A stretch of 64,000 nucleotides of DNA from Bacteroidia bacterium (GTDB lineage: Bacteria > Bacteroidota > Bacteroidia > AKYH767-A > OLB10): positions 6,453 to 70,452 of the forward strand of contig DAOQTX010000005.1 in NCBI GenBank assembly GCA_035340715.1, read 5' to 3'. The notes under the pieces are model-generated. The model was not told the DNA's origin and did no database searches. It saw only the letters and a program-made list of their open reading frames with translations. Below are positions 19,669 through 29,486 of this stretch, piece after piece. The position numbers were made by a program, and so were the translations under genes. Position 1 is the first letter of the stretch. Every line of letters begins with the position of its first letter.

Positions 19669-21873
19669 ATGGTTTCATTGTTCAGGTTTATCTGTATGAT
19701 ATTGCTTTGCTTTTTATGCAAATCGGTATTGGCTCAGGAAGTAAAATCGTCTGTCATAAATCTTGAAGAAGTTGTTATTTCCACAACACGATTTGAAGAA
19801 ACTAAATCATCAAGTAGCGGACAGATTTCTCTTATAACAGCAAAGGAAATTAAAAACCTGAATGTTTCTACCATTCCGGATGTTTTGCAACAGAGTAGCG
19901 AAGTGTTTGTTCAGAAGAGTCAATTGGGAGGTGGAAGTCCTGTGGTTAGAGGTTTTGAAGCCAATAAAGTATTACTGGTTGTGGACGGTATTCGTATGAA
20001 CAATTTGATCTTTCGTTCAGGACACTTGCAAAACTCTTTAAGCATCGATCCCTTTGTAATAGCTAAAGCCGAAGTCATTCATGGAGCTGGGTCAGTAATG
20101 TATGGTAGCGATGCATTGGGCGGTGTCATTTCATTTTACAGCTTCAGTCCCGAATTTAAAGATTCGTTAGCATTCAGTGGCGAAGGTTTGCTAAGATATT
20201 CAAGTGCATCGAACGAAAAATCTATACATGCCAGATTGATTTCTGAGAATAGAAACATGTCCTCATTAACGGCCTTTTCTATTTCCGACTTTGGAGACTT
20301 AACACAAGGAAGAAACCGATCTGCTAAAATTGGAAATTTGGGGAAGAGGGATTGGTACGTAGTGCATCAGGACGGGAATGACATCGTTAAATCGAACAGC
20401 GATCCTGAAAAGCAAATTGGATCTGCTTTTCATCAATTATTCTTTACCCATAAACACAACTTTAAAAGCAAAAATCAAAACATTCATAAAATCAATATTC
20501 AAGCTTCCTTAAGTTCAGATATTCCTCGTTACGATCGTTTGACTGAAATTAAAGACACCCTACCCACTTTTGCCGAATGGTACTATGGTCCTTCTGCCAG
20601 ACTATTAACAGCGTATCGTTTTGAGACCAGTCATGTCTTGCTCAATATCGCTGATGAATTGGATTTAACTGTAGCCTATCAGTTTTTTGAAGAAAGCAGA
20701 AATGACAGGCGATTTAATAATGTGATGAGAAATGAACGGACAGAAAAAGTAAATGTGCTAAGTCTTAATGCCGACTTTCATAAGATATTTTCTGCCCGAT
20801 GGAATGTATATTATGGCACAGAGTTGTTGTATAATAAGGTAGTGTCTCAAGCCGAAAAGATAAACATAAGTAGTGGAGAAAAGAGCGCACTTAGCTCACG
20901 CTATCCCGATGGAGGCTCTTCGTCAGTAACGGCTTCTATATATGGATACGGAGTTTATGTTTTGGGAAAACGAGAGACATTGAAACTTGGGATCAGGACA
21001 GGCTTTCAAGACCTTAGGTCAAAAATAGTTGATAAAACTTTCTTTCCTTTTCCATTTAATAGAATTGAACAGTTCAATTCTTTTTTGAGCGGAAGTTTAT
21101 CTTATTTAAATAAAATTAATGATGAATTTAAGCTGGATGTAAGCCTTAATAGTGGATTTAGAAATCCGAATTTAGATGATATAGCAAAAGTGTTTGATTC
21201 TTCTCCCGGAAACATTATAGTGCCAAATCCCAACATCAATCCTGAGAAAACATATACCATTGATCTGGGTATAACGCTAGGCCAAGAGAAGAACAATTTT
21301 ATAAGAGCACATGTGTTTTATAATTGGTTTAAAGATATCATAACCACAAATCCTTTCTTATTCAATGGAGAGGATTCTATTGTATATGATGGAGTTTTGA
21401 GTGCTGTTTTTGCTCAAAGTAACAATGATAATGCGTTTGTGTATGGTGCCACAATATCAGCAGGCTTAACTTATAATAAATGGATCTTTCGTGCAACAGG
21501 AACATATACCTATGGAAGAATTGAAACAGACTCAAGCTTTTATCCACTTGATCATATTCCACCTGTGTTTGGAAGATTGAGCGTCAATTATCAATTAAAT
21601 GAAGAAACAACTTTCGAATTGTATATTTTAGCAAATGCAGATAAAAAATTGAAAGACTATAGTTTGATAGGTGAGGATAATTATAAATATGCCACACTCA
21701 ATGGAATGCCATCATGGACCACTTTAAATTGTTCTTTTCGTCATAGCATTGGTGATCAGTGGAATTTTCGTTTCGATCTTCAAAATATTTTGGATAAAAA
21801 TTATAGAGTTTTCGGTTCGGGCATTAGTGCAGCCGGACGTAATTATATTCTTTCTGCTTCGTTTACTTTTTGA
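19669..21873 (+). CDS. TonB-dependent receptor
   Basis: It is 734 aa with a signal peptide and a plug domain (VVISTTRFEE...GGGSPVVRGFEANKVLLVVDGIRMNN...GSDALGGVISF). The beta-barrel ends in the aromatic terminal residue ...SASFTF. Confidence 0.85.
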   Translation: MVSLFRFICMILLCFLCKSVLAQEVKSSVINLEEVVISTTRFEETKSSSSGQISLITAKEIKNLNVSTIPDVLQQSSEVFVQKSQLGGGSPVVRGFEANKVLLVVDGIRMNNLIFRSGHLQNSLSIDPFVIAKAEVIHGAGSVMYGSDALGGVISFYSFSPEFKDSLAFSGEGLLRYSSASNEKSIHARLISENRNMSSLTAFSISDFGDLTQGRNRSAKIGNLGKRDWYVVHQDGNDIVKSNSDPEKQIGSAFHQLFFTHKHNFKSKNQNIHKINIQASLSSDIPRYDRLTEIKDTLPTFAEWYYGPSARLLTAYRFETSHVLLNIADELDLTVAYQFFEESRNDRRFNNVMRNERTEKVNVLSLNADFHKIFSARWNVYYGTELLYNKVVSQAEKINISSGEKSALSSRYPDGGSSSVTASIYGYGVYVLGKRETLKLGIRTGFQDLRSKIVDKTFFPFPFNRIEQFNSFLSGSLSYLNKINDEFKLDVSLNSGFRNPNLDDIAKVFDSSPGNIIVPNPNINPEKTYTIDLGITLGQEKNNFIRAHVFYNWFKDIITTNPFLFNGEDSIVYDGVLSAVFAQSNNDNAFVYGATISAGLTYNKWIFRATGTYTYGRIETDSSFYPLDHIPPVFGRLSVNYQLNEETTFELYILANADKKLKDYSLIGEDNYKYATLNGMPSWTTLNCSFRHSIGDQWNFRFDLQNILDKNYRVFGSGISAAGRNYILSASFTF

Positions 21874-22457
21874 AAATGAATCAAAAACTTAGTGTCCTAA
21901 TCATTTTGTTTTTTGTGTTGATCATAGCTGCTTGTTCATCGTGTAATCAAGAGTATGTTCCAAAACCAAAAGGCTTTTTCAGAATTAGTTTTCCTGAAAA
22001 GAAGTATATCGCCTCAAATAGCCAATGTGCATTTGATTTTCAAATTCCTGATTACTCTGTTTTGTTAGCTGATACCGGAATGGGGAAAGAGCCTTGTTGG
22101 TTCAATTGGAATTTTCCTTTATACAATGCACAAATACATTTGAGCTACAAACCGGTTCATAAAAATTTACAAACCTATGTGGAAGACAGTCGAACATTAG
22201 TCTATAAACATGCCATTAAAGCGAGCTCTATAAATGAAGATCGTATTTATGGCGCATCGAATGTAAGTGGTATCATGTATTCATTAGGAGGACAGTCTGC
22301 ATCTACTGTTCAGTTTTTTTTAACAGACAGTACGCATCATTTTATTAGAGGCGCTTTGTATTTCAATGTAGAAACCCAACCGGATAGTTTGGCACCGGTG
22401 ATTGATTTTATAAAGAAAGATATAGAGCATATGATAGCAACTCTACACTGGAAATAA
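21870..22457 (+). CDS. gldD: gliding motility lipoprotein GldD homologue
   Basis: It is 195 aa with the lipobox IIAACSSC. YVPKPKGFFRISFPEKKY and VQFFLTDSTHHFIRGALYFN...PDSLAPVIDFIKKDIEHMIATLHWK match my recollection of the GldD family. Its ATG overlaps the upstream stop (ATGA). Confidence 0.7.
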   Translation: MKMNQKLSVLIILFFVLIIAACSSCNQEYVPKPKGFFRISFPEKKYIASNSQCAFDFQIPDYSVLLADTGMGKEPCWFNWNFPLYNAQIHLSYKPVHKNLQTYVEDSRTLVYKHAIKASSINEDRIYGASNVSGIMYSLGGQSASTVQFFLTDSTHHFIRGALYFNVETQPDSLAPVIDFIKKDIEHMIATLHWK

Positions 22458-23258
22458 CTACCAGGAACCACCTGCGCCACCCCCACCAAAACTTCCGCCA
22501 CCAAAACCTCCAAATCCTCCACCCGAAGATTTGCCAAAAGTTCCAGAACTGAAACTACCCCATTTCCCTCTTTGGGTTTTTCGCGCTGCATTTAGCAATT
22601 GCCAAGCCGTCCAAAAATCAATGTGATTTACATAGGCATATCTTCTGGTTCGGAATACAGAAATGATCACTATAAACACAATAAATATGACAAGGACTAC
22701 AAAGAGGATCGGAAATTGGTCTGATTTATTTTTGGTTTTGGTATATTCTCCAGCCGCCATTAGCATCAACATATTAGTGGCTTCATCCAGTCCTTTAAAG
22801 TAGTTTTGTTTTTTAAAATTCGGTTGAATGGCTTCTCTGATAACATGGTAAGCACTAACATCCGGTATGGCGCCTTCTAATCCGTATCCGGTTGCTATGA
22901 AAATTTCTCTATCATCAATAGCTGTGAGAATTAACAATCCATTTCTATTCTCTTTAGTTCCGATTTGCCATTTATTAGCCAGTTGTATCGTATAATCATC
23001 AATAGCATAATCACCAGTGCTTGATAGAATAACAATTGCAAATTGGTTTCCGGTACTGTCTTCATACTGAACCAACTTCTCTTCTAATAAACGAGTTTCA
23101 TTTTTGGATAACAATCCAATATAATCACTCACCAATCGAGGAGGGTTCGGCACTTCAGGGAAAGGAATCTGATCAGATGCTAGAGCTAGACCACCTATAA
23201 AAATAGGGAGCCAGAGTAAAAGGCTAAAGATTGATTTAGTTTTCAAAATGAATTTCAT
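22458..23258 (-). CDS. TPM-domain protein (YgcG-like) with a TM segment and a glycine-rich C-terminal tail
   Basis: The track ORF is 22458..23333. The likely start is MKFILKTKSIFSLLLWLPIF (ATG 23258). It has a TPM/DUF477-like core (NQFAIVILSSTGDYAIDDY...GLLILTAIDDREIFIATGYGLEG), a TM segment, and the tail SSGGGFGGFGGGSFGGGGAGGSW. Confidence 0.75.
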   Translation of the reverse strand: MKFILKTKSIFSLLLWLPIFIGGLALASDQIPFPEVPNPPRLVSDYIGLLSKNETRLLEEKLVQYEDSTGNQFAIVILSSTGDYAIDDYTIQLANKWQIGTKENRNGLLILTAIDDREIFIATGYGLEGAIPDVSAYHVIREAIQPNFKKQNYFKGLDEATNMLMLMAAGEYTKTKNKSDQFPILFVVLVIFIVFIVIISVFRTRRYAYVNHIDFWTAWQLLNAARKTQRGKWGSFSSGTFGKSSGGGFGGFGGGSFGGGGAGGSW

Positions 23259-23676
23259 CCGACAATTCGTTTTGATCGTTTGCTTCAATTGGGAAATGAA
23301 ACTGCAACGCTTTTTGCAATTGTTTGATCGCAAAAAGAATTCCCTCTTTTAAATTTTTTTCTCGAATTATGCTCTGGGTTTCATCTACAATTTTGTCCCA
23401 AAAAGCTTGCGTAAACTTATTATGTGCTTGTTGATCACCTATAATGCAAAAACGTTTGCTCGATAGTGACAGATATATTAAAACTCCATTGCGAAGTTTT
23501 GTTTTATGCATATTTAATTTCTCAAAAATATAGGCAGCTCGGTCAAATAAGTCGATGTTGTTTGATCGGTCGATACAAACGCGTAACTCGTAGTTTCCTA
23601 TTCGCTCCGCACTTCGAATGGCATCCTTTATAGAGGTATGATCTTCTTCATTGAGTTGAAAAGGACTTAGATCCAT
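23236..23676 (-). CDS. TPM-domain protein (small, no signal peptide)
   Basis: It is 146 aa, with ELRVCIDRSNN...NGVLIYLSLSSKRFCIIGD resembling the TPM phosphatase-like fold. It shares the TAATG junction with lemA upstream. Confidence 0.65.
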   Translation of the reverse strand: MDLSPFQLNEEDHTSIKDAIRSAERIGNYELRVCIDRSNNIDLFDRAAYIFEKLNMHKTKLRNGVLIYLSLSSKRFCIIGDQQAHNKFTQAFWDKIVDETQSIIREKNLKEGILFAIKQLQKALQFHFPIEANDQNELSDEIHFEN

Positions 23677-24269
23677 TATAAATATTCATTTACATCAGGG
23701 GCCTTTTTGGCTTCTTTGTCCGATTCAAAATAGGCTTTAGGCATGAACCCAAACATTCCGGCCATGAGATTTTGAGGAAATCTTTTTATATAGGCATTAT
23801 ATTCATTCACTCTTTCATTAAAAGAGTTTCGCTCGGTGGCAATTCTATTCTCTGTACCTTCAAGTTGCTTCTGAAGGTCCATAAAATTTTGATTGGCTTT
23901 TAAATCGGGGTAGCGCTCAACTACCAATAGTAATCTGGATAAAGAAGACGAAAGTGAACTTTGTGCATCCTGAAATTTTTTGATTTCTTCTGCACTTAAA
24001 TTCTTTGGATCTATCTTTACTTGTGTAGCATTGGCACGCGCCTGAATGACTTCAGTGAGCACCGACTTTTCATATTCAGCATATCCTTTTACTGTTTTTA
24101 CAAGATTTGGAATCAAATCAAGCCTGCGCTGATATACATTTTCAACTTGTGCCCATTGTTTTTCTACTAGCTCATTTTTTTGAACCATTGAATTATAGGT
24201 TCCGGCAAACATTCGATAAAGAACGAAAAGCACAATGAGAACAATTCCAATGATGATCCATTTTTTCAT
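23676..24269 (-). CDS. LemA family protein
   Basis: It is 197 aa with an N-terminal TM. YNSMVQKNELVEKQWAQVENVYQRRLDLIPNLV...RYPDLKANQNF..LQ..LEGTENRIA..R..FN is the LemA signature. Confidence 0.85.
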   Translation of the reverse strand: MKKWIIIGIVLIVLFVLYRMFAGTYNSMVQKNELVEKQWAQVENVYQRRLDLIPNLVKTVKGYAEYEKSVLTEVIQARANATQVKIDPKNLSAEEIKKFQDAQSSLSSSLSRLLLVVERYPDLKANQNFMDLQKQLEGTENRIATERNSFNERVNEYNAYIKRFPQNLMAGMFGFMPKAYFESDKEAKKAPDVNEYL

Positions 24270-24282
24270 ATGTGATACTATT

Positions 24283-24756
24283 TTATGATTTTAACTTTTT
24301 TAAAGCAGCAATAAACTCAATTGGTTTATTAGTACCGATAACAAATGTATTGTTGTCTTTTGTAATAATTTTCATGGCATAGTTTCCGTGGGTGTAAAAC
24401 TTAATCATCCCATCGTTGTGTAAATTAAAAGTATAGGGTTCAAATAATCCTCCGGGATAATTGATCAATTCATACTCGATGATATCGTCTTTTTTAATTT
24501 GAATAGATTTAGATGAAAGTAATCCTTTTATCAGCACTTTAGTTTCGTCAATACGAGTTCGTAAGTGAACGATAAAGAGTAAAATGCCAGATACGATTAG
24601 TAGAATGATCCCTAACAGAAATAACAGATCTGCATTTTCCTCTCTGCCTTCAGAATAATAATATGCAATAAAGCAGAATATGGCTAAAACCATTCTTCTT
24701 AAAATGGAAAACCCATTGAATCCTACGTTTTGATTTTCTTTAAAAAGTAATTCCAC
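24283..24756 (-). CDS. small membrane protein (2 TM plus a PH-like soluble domain), function unknown
   Basis: It is 157 aa. The track start is GTG, overlapping the tilS stop (TAGTG). It has two hydrophobic helices followed by a beta-rich C-half. Confidence 0.5.
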   Translation of the reverse strand: MELLFKENQNVGFNGFSILRRMVLAIFCFIAYYYSEGREENADLLFLLGIILLIVSGILLFIVHLRTRIDETKVLIKGLLSSKSIQIKKDDIIEYELINYPGGLFEPYTFNLHNDGMIKFYTHGNYAMKIITKDNNTFVIGTNKPIEFIAALKKLKS

Positions 24757-26102
24757 TAATCTACTTTGCGAATTGAAAAATGAATAACGCTATTATTTAT
24801 TTTATCTGTTCTAATTATTTCGCTGGCACGGTGGCCAATCACCCATAATATACTATTCCCTGAAAGCAATACAAATGTACTCTTCTTTTCAAATGTATTA
24901 ATTTTTAGATCGATAAGATAATCGCTAACCAATTTATTCCCATTCATACCAAACGGTTTAAAGGAATCTCCACGTTTCCAGTTTCGTATGTAAAATGGGA
25001 AGTTAAATGCTCTTTCATTTATCAGTATCTCTTGTCCATTGCTATTCTTAACCTGTTCAAACAACTTATTCGAATATCGCTTTTTCTCAACATTGATTTT
25101 GAGCTGTTTTGTTAAAGTATATGTTCCTTCTGAAGCAATCAGTTGATACAATTTGTAAGTCAGTTCCTTAGGAAAAATTTTGATCAGCGTGTCTTTCTTT
25201 AACAATGTCTTATTTTCGATTTCAAATTGTTTGCTCTCTGTAGTTTTTAATTTGCAAATCAATTCACACTGTTCTTGATTAAATCCAATGCTCCGAAGGT
25301 ATTCGCATAACAAAAAGTAATCACTCTTAGTAAAATATTTTGTTTGAATCGTTTGTTTAAGTTGCGATGGATTAATTTTGTTTTTATTTAAGAATTGTTC
25401 GAGTTGAACTTCAATAAATGAAGAAACGGATTGAAGGTTTTTTACTGTTCGGTGAAACCCTTTTTCCCAATCGGGTTCAGATTTTGTTAATGCCGGAATC
25501 ACAAGATTTCTGATCCTATTTCGCTTGTACTTTAGTGATGCATTACTCTCGTCTTCTCTCCACTTAATTTTATTTTTTTTTGCGTAAGTTAGAATCTCAC
25601 TTCGTTTGATGCTCAGCATTGGTCGGATAATGGCATCACGTTTTTCTGGTATTCCTATAAGCCCTTTAATACCGGAACCGGAAATCAGATTCATCAAAAT
25701 GGTTTCGTTTGAATCATCAAAATGATGAGCCGTAACGATATAATCGAAGTTATGATTGATTAAAAGTCGGTCAAAAAATTTATATCGTATATCTCTGGCT
25801 AACTCTTGAATTGATTTTGATCTGTTTTCAAAATCAGATGATGAACACTGATAAATATGCAAAGGAATTTTATTTTTAGTACACCAGTTTTTTAGGTGTT
25901 GTTCATCTTGATCCGATTCCTCTCCACGCAATTTAAAATTTACATGAGCTACTTCAAGTGTAAATTTCATTTTGTGCAACGCATGTAACAAAACCATTGA
26001 ATCTATACCTGCGCTACAGGCAAGCAACAACTTCGCATGTCTGTTTTGTATTTGTAGACGCTTTAATAAAAATGCGATATGATCTTGTACAGTACTATTC
26101 AA
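24756..26102 (-). CDS. tilS: tRNA(Ile)-lysidine synthetase
   Basis: It is 448 aa with the PP-loop LLACSAGIDSMVLLH, HVNFKLRGEESD, TAHHFDD and a C-terminal TilS substrate domain. Confidence 0.85.
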   Translation of the reverse strand: MNSTVQDHIAFLLKRLQIQNRHAKLLLACSAGIDSMVLLHALHKMKFTLEVAHVNFKLRGEESDQDEQHLKNWCTKNKIPLHIYQCSSSDFENRSKSIQELARDIRYKFFDRLLINHNFDYIVTAHHFDDSNETILMNLISGSGIKGLIGIPEKRDAIIRPMLSIKRSEILTYAKKNKIKWREDESNASLKYKRNRIRNLVIPALTKSEPDWEKGFHRTVKNLQSVSSFIEVQLEQFLNKNKINPSQLKQTIQTKYFTKSDYFLLCEYLRSIGFNQEQCELICKLKTTESKQFEIENKTLLKKDTLIKIFPKELTYKLYQLIASEGTYTLTKQLKINVEKKRYSNKLFEQVKNSNGQEILINERAFNFPFYIRNWKRGDSFKPFGMNGNKLVSDYLIDLKINTFEKKSTFVLLSGNSILWVIGHRASEIIRTDKINNSVIHFSIRKVD

Positions 26103-27411
26103 TCGGTCCTTTGGTTTGATTTTGCATTAAAGCTTTTGCTTTTAACAAGCACTCTTGATATTCGGTTTCAGGATTGCATTTTGAAGTTAATGCGCTTCCT
26201 GCCATCAAACTTATCAATTTATTTTCGTGATTATAAACCAAACTTCGAATAACAACATTGAAGTCGAAATCACCATTGGGATCGAAATAGCCAACTGATC
26301 CACTGTAAATCCCTCTGTTGAAATTTTCATATTGATCTATCAATTGCATGGCTTTGTATTTTGGAGCTCCAGTCATACTTCCCATAGGAAATGCATCTAA
26401 AATTATTTTAAGCGAACTACATTGATGATCAACTTCAGCTGAAACGGTGGAGATCATTTGATGAACATGTTGAAAAGAATATACCCCAAACAACTCTTCA
26501 GTTTCTACAGTTCCTTTCAATGCATTTTTTGAAAGATCATTCCTTACGAGATCTACGATCATAACATTTTCTGATCTTTCTTTTTCATCCATTTGCAATT
26601 CCAATTTCAATTCAGAATCTTCTTTTGGTTCATTAACTCTTTTTCGTGTTCCTTTTATGGGTTGAGAATATACTTTGTTTCCTCTCTTACATAGAAACCG
26701 CTCAGGACTTGAGCACAACAGATGAGATTGATTTATCTTGTAATAGGATGAAAATGGAGCGGGAGACTTTTTGCGCTGTTCAAAATATGTTGCTAATGGG
26801 GCAATGTCTGATCCATAAGAAAGGAATTGCATGCAATAATTCACTTCATAAATATTGCCGTAGTTTATGTTTTCAATCAGGTGCGATGCGTTTTCCATGT
26901 ATTCTTTTTCCCCAATACTTGGTTGTAACGAAAAACCAGAAATAAACTGCTCTGGAAGTTTCTCTGTCTTAACAAGATCATGATAGATTTCATCTGAACT
27001 TTTTGAACTTTGACAACCAATAAAAAGGGTTGAATCCTTAATAGCTAAAATAATTTCAGGTTGAAAAAAATACCATTCAGGAAAACCACTTTGATCAAGA
27101 AAACGACTTGATAAATTTTCAATTTTGTCTTTAATGGAATAGGAGAAATGTCCAAAGACCCATTTCCCTTCTTGAAGACTTTTTTGTATAAATTGCTCTA
27201 CTGTTGTAATATCGTCATTGGGTATCTGTTCTGCTACCCCGGCTCCAATCAGTAAATCATATTTTCCTTTAACAGGATTTTGATCTTTATGAGCATCTGT
27301 ACATGAATCTAAAACACAGACTACTGAATAAGAAGAACAAAATTGTATAATCTCATCTCGAGTGAGTTCATTAATGGGATAGGGAACTAGCGAAAAATCT
27401 TCGCTGCTCAT
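26095..27411 (-). CDS. pabB: chorismate-utilising enzyme, aminodeoxychorismate synthase component I-like
   Basis: It is 438 aa with SPERFL, PIKGTRKR, ENVMIVDLVRNDL, FPMGSMTGAPK and GIYSGSVGYF motifs of the TrpE/PabB family. It overlaps tilS by 8 nt. The PabB versus TrpE choice rests on size and the lack of trp genes nearby. Confidence 0.7.
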   Translation of the reverse strand: MSSEDFSLVPYPINELTRDEIIQFCSSYSVVCVLDSCTDAHKDQNPVKGKYDLLIGAGVAEQIPNDDITTVEQFIQKSLQEGKWVFGHFSYSIKDKIENLSSRFLDQSGFPEWYFFQPEIILAIKDSTLFIGCQSSKSSDEIYHDLVKTEKLPEQFISGFSLQPSIGEKEYMENASHLIENINYGNIYEVNYCMQFLSYGSDIAPLATYFEQRKKSPAPFSSYYKINQSHLLCSSPERFLCKRGNKVYSQPIKGTRKRVNEPKEDSELKLELQMDEKERSENVMIVDLVRNDLSKNALKGTVETEELFGVYSFQHVHQMISTVSAEVDHQCSSLKIILDAFPMGSMTGAPKYKAMQLIDQYENFNRGIYSGSVGYFDPNGDFDFNVVIRSLVYNHENKLISLMAGSALTSKCNPETEYQECLLKAKALMQNQTKGPIE

Positions 27412-27423
27412 GATGCTTTGAAT

Positions 27424-29121
27424 TTATTCTCCTTTAATAATAGAAATGCTGGCTTTCCTTTTATTATTTTGTAAAACAGTATGGTATATACCCCTAGATA
27501 AATGACTCAAATTTAGGTTCACTAGATTAGTTCCAATGTTTGCATTAAAAGATTTCTCCAAACAAAGTTTACCTTCTGTAGAAAAAACTTGTAGGGTATA
27601 ATGGTCGGTATTTTTTGATTCAAATGTGAGTGTTCCTTGATCCTTTAAAGGATTTGGACTTACATTAAGATTTACTTCCGATGCAAAGGCCTCATCAATG
27701 CCAACAGATCCGCCACTGTATTTGGCGATAAAAAACTTCCATGTTCCAATGTTTGATGTGGTTTGATAAGTACCAAAATTTGCTGTTTGAGTATGATACC
27801 CTGCCATAATGCAATATCCTTGCGGCAGTAACTCTACTTGATAGCTTTTATCAATGTTTACCGATCCTGCTTTTTGACTGATTAAAGTCGTGTTGTTGGT
27901 ATTGTATTTCACCAAAAACATATCATTGGTTCCGGTTCCACCAGTATTAGCCATATTACCCAATCCAAAATTAGCAGCAGAACCATTGAAAACTCCCGTA
28001 ACAAAACAAGCACCGTTTTGGTCGCAGCTAATTGCATTACCGGCATCATAAGAAGAACTACCCCCTTTTTTTGCCCATTGGTATACACCTGCAGAATTTA
28101 GTTTAGCAATATACATTTCACCTGCACCACCCATTCCTAATTCAGTAAGATTAGTTGATCCAAATAAAGCTGATCCGTAAAAATATCCTGTAAAATAGAC
28201 ATTATCATTGGCGTCATTGCTAACATCTAAAGCGATATCATTGCCGGCTCCTCCTCCTTTTGCAGCAAATTGAAGATTCAAATTATTATCGTATTTCGCT
28301 ACAAAAGCATCATTAAAAGTATTTGCTGAAACTAGAGCAGATCCTCCAAAATTGGTATTGCCAGCAAATGAGCCGCTGGTGTATATAAAGTTACTGTTGT
28401 TATCGGATTTTATAGATAGTAATCGTACATCGTTATTAGTAGTAATGGATTTTACCAAAGAAAAATTTCCTGATTTATCCATCTTAGTAATAAAACCTGC
28501 TTGAGAATTTGAAGTACTGGCGTTGGCGCTTAATGAACCAAATGGTAAACTACCGATGAAACTTCCGGTAAAATAAAACTCTGTATTATTGTTGCGTGCC
28601 AAAACAGCAAATACATCTTCATTATTTGTTGAACCAACTTTATTGAGCCAAATTACTGTTCCGTTTGTACCATCTATTTTTGCGATGTAAATATCTGAAC
28701 CACCATTAGTAGTTAAGTTAAATGTGCCTAAATTAAATTGATAGGTAAAGATTCCAAAAACATAAACATCATTGTTATTGTCAACCGCTATAGCTGATGC
28801 GGTTGAGGAGTTAAATTGACCTCCACCTTTAATTGCCCAGTTACAAGAAGCTCCACTTGAATCATACTTGGCAATAAACATATCCTGAAAACCATCTGCT
28901 ACAAAAGTATTGGTTCCAAAACTTTGTGTTCCGGTAAAATCTCCGCAAATCAATAACTTATTTTGACTGTCGCGTACAAAACTTATGTTAGCATCAGGAC
29001 TGGAATTTCCTCCATCGTTAAATGCCCATATAAATTGAGCTTGAGATGTGTTCGCTATCGCAAAGAAAATTAGTATGGAAAATATGAGCGTTCTTTTGAA
29101 TGTAGAATAATAAAGTATCAT
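27424..29121 (-). CDS. secreted beta-propeller repeat protein (SBBP-like repeats) with a T9SS type A C-terminal sorting domain
   Basis: It is 565 aa with a signal peptide and about 10 repeats of the D.(N/S).(N/D).Y..G.F.G...FG type. The C-terminus is LNVSPNPLKDQGTLTFES...YTLQVFSTEGKL...GIYHTVL. Confidence 0.75.
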   Translation of the reverse strand: MILYYSTFKRTLIFSILIFFAIANTSQAQFIWAFNDGGNSSPDANISFVRDSQNKLLICGDFTGTQSFGTNTFVADGFQDMFIAKYDSSGASCNWAIKGGGQFNSSTASAIAVDNNNDVYVFGIFTYQFNLGTFNLTTNGGSDIYIAKIDGTNGTVIWLNKVGSTNNEDVFAVLARNNNTEFYFTGSFIGSLPFGSLSANASTSNSQAGFITKMDKSGNFSLVKSITTNNDVRLLSIKSDNNSNFIYTSGSFAGNTNFGGSALVSANTFNDAFVAKYDNNLNLQFAAKGGGAGNDIALDVSNDANDNVYFTGYFYGSALFGSTNLTELGMGGAGEMYIAKLNSAGVYQWAKKGGSSSYDAGNAISCDQNGACFVTGVFNGSAANFGLGNMANTGGTGTNDMFLVKYNTNNTTLISQKAGSVNIDKSYQVELLPQGYCIMAGYHTQTANFGTYQTTSNIGTWKFFIAKYSGGSVGIDEAFASEVNLNVSPNPLKDQGTLTFESKNTDHYTLQVFSTEGKLCLEKSFNANIGTNLVNLNLSHLSRGIYHTVLQNNKRKASISIIKGE

Positions 29122-29486
29122 AAGTAATTTTTAATTGAACGTAAATAAATTCAAAATTGATCACATGGACAAATGAAATGTTGAGTTATACTAAAAACAG
29201 CAGCAATAATCGTTGGTTTTGTTATTGCTTAATAGTATTAAAACACTCTTCGAAAACATGCCGCAAAAACGTTGTTTGGTACATTTTTTGCTATAATGCA
29301 ACAAGTAATTGGTAAGCAAGCGGTTTTTGAATTCTGCTTTTAGTAAGTCGCTGAAATTAAGGCTATTAGAATTTTGAGCAGAACTCTAATGCTCTTAAAA
29401 CAATTTTTTGCTTTTTGATTGCTTCTTTTATATTTTTACAAGATTGTATCCATTACTAAAAAACTAAAACTTTTAAATTATATCTC

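Noticed and set aside
22337-22591. An 84-aa minus-strand ORF overlaps the gldD 3' end and the TPM gene tail.
   Set aside because: It is an alternative frame of the Gly-rich (GGN-repeat) tail region, which lacks stops in several frames. The TPM-frame reading is supported by domain content.
29202-29229. An 8-bp hairpin (AGCAATAA / TTATTGCT, 12-nt loop) lies in the 365-nt divergent intergenic region.
   Set aside because: It is AT-rich with a long loop and no proper U-tract in the relevant orientation. No conserved ncRNA motif is recognisable, so the evidence is insufficient.
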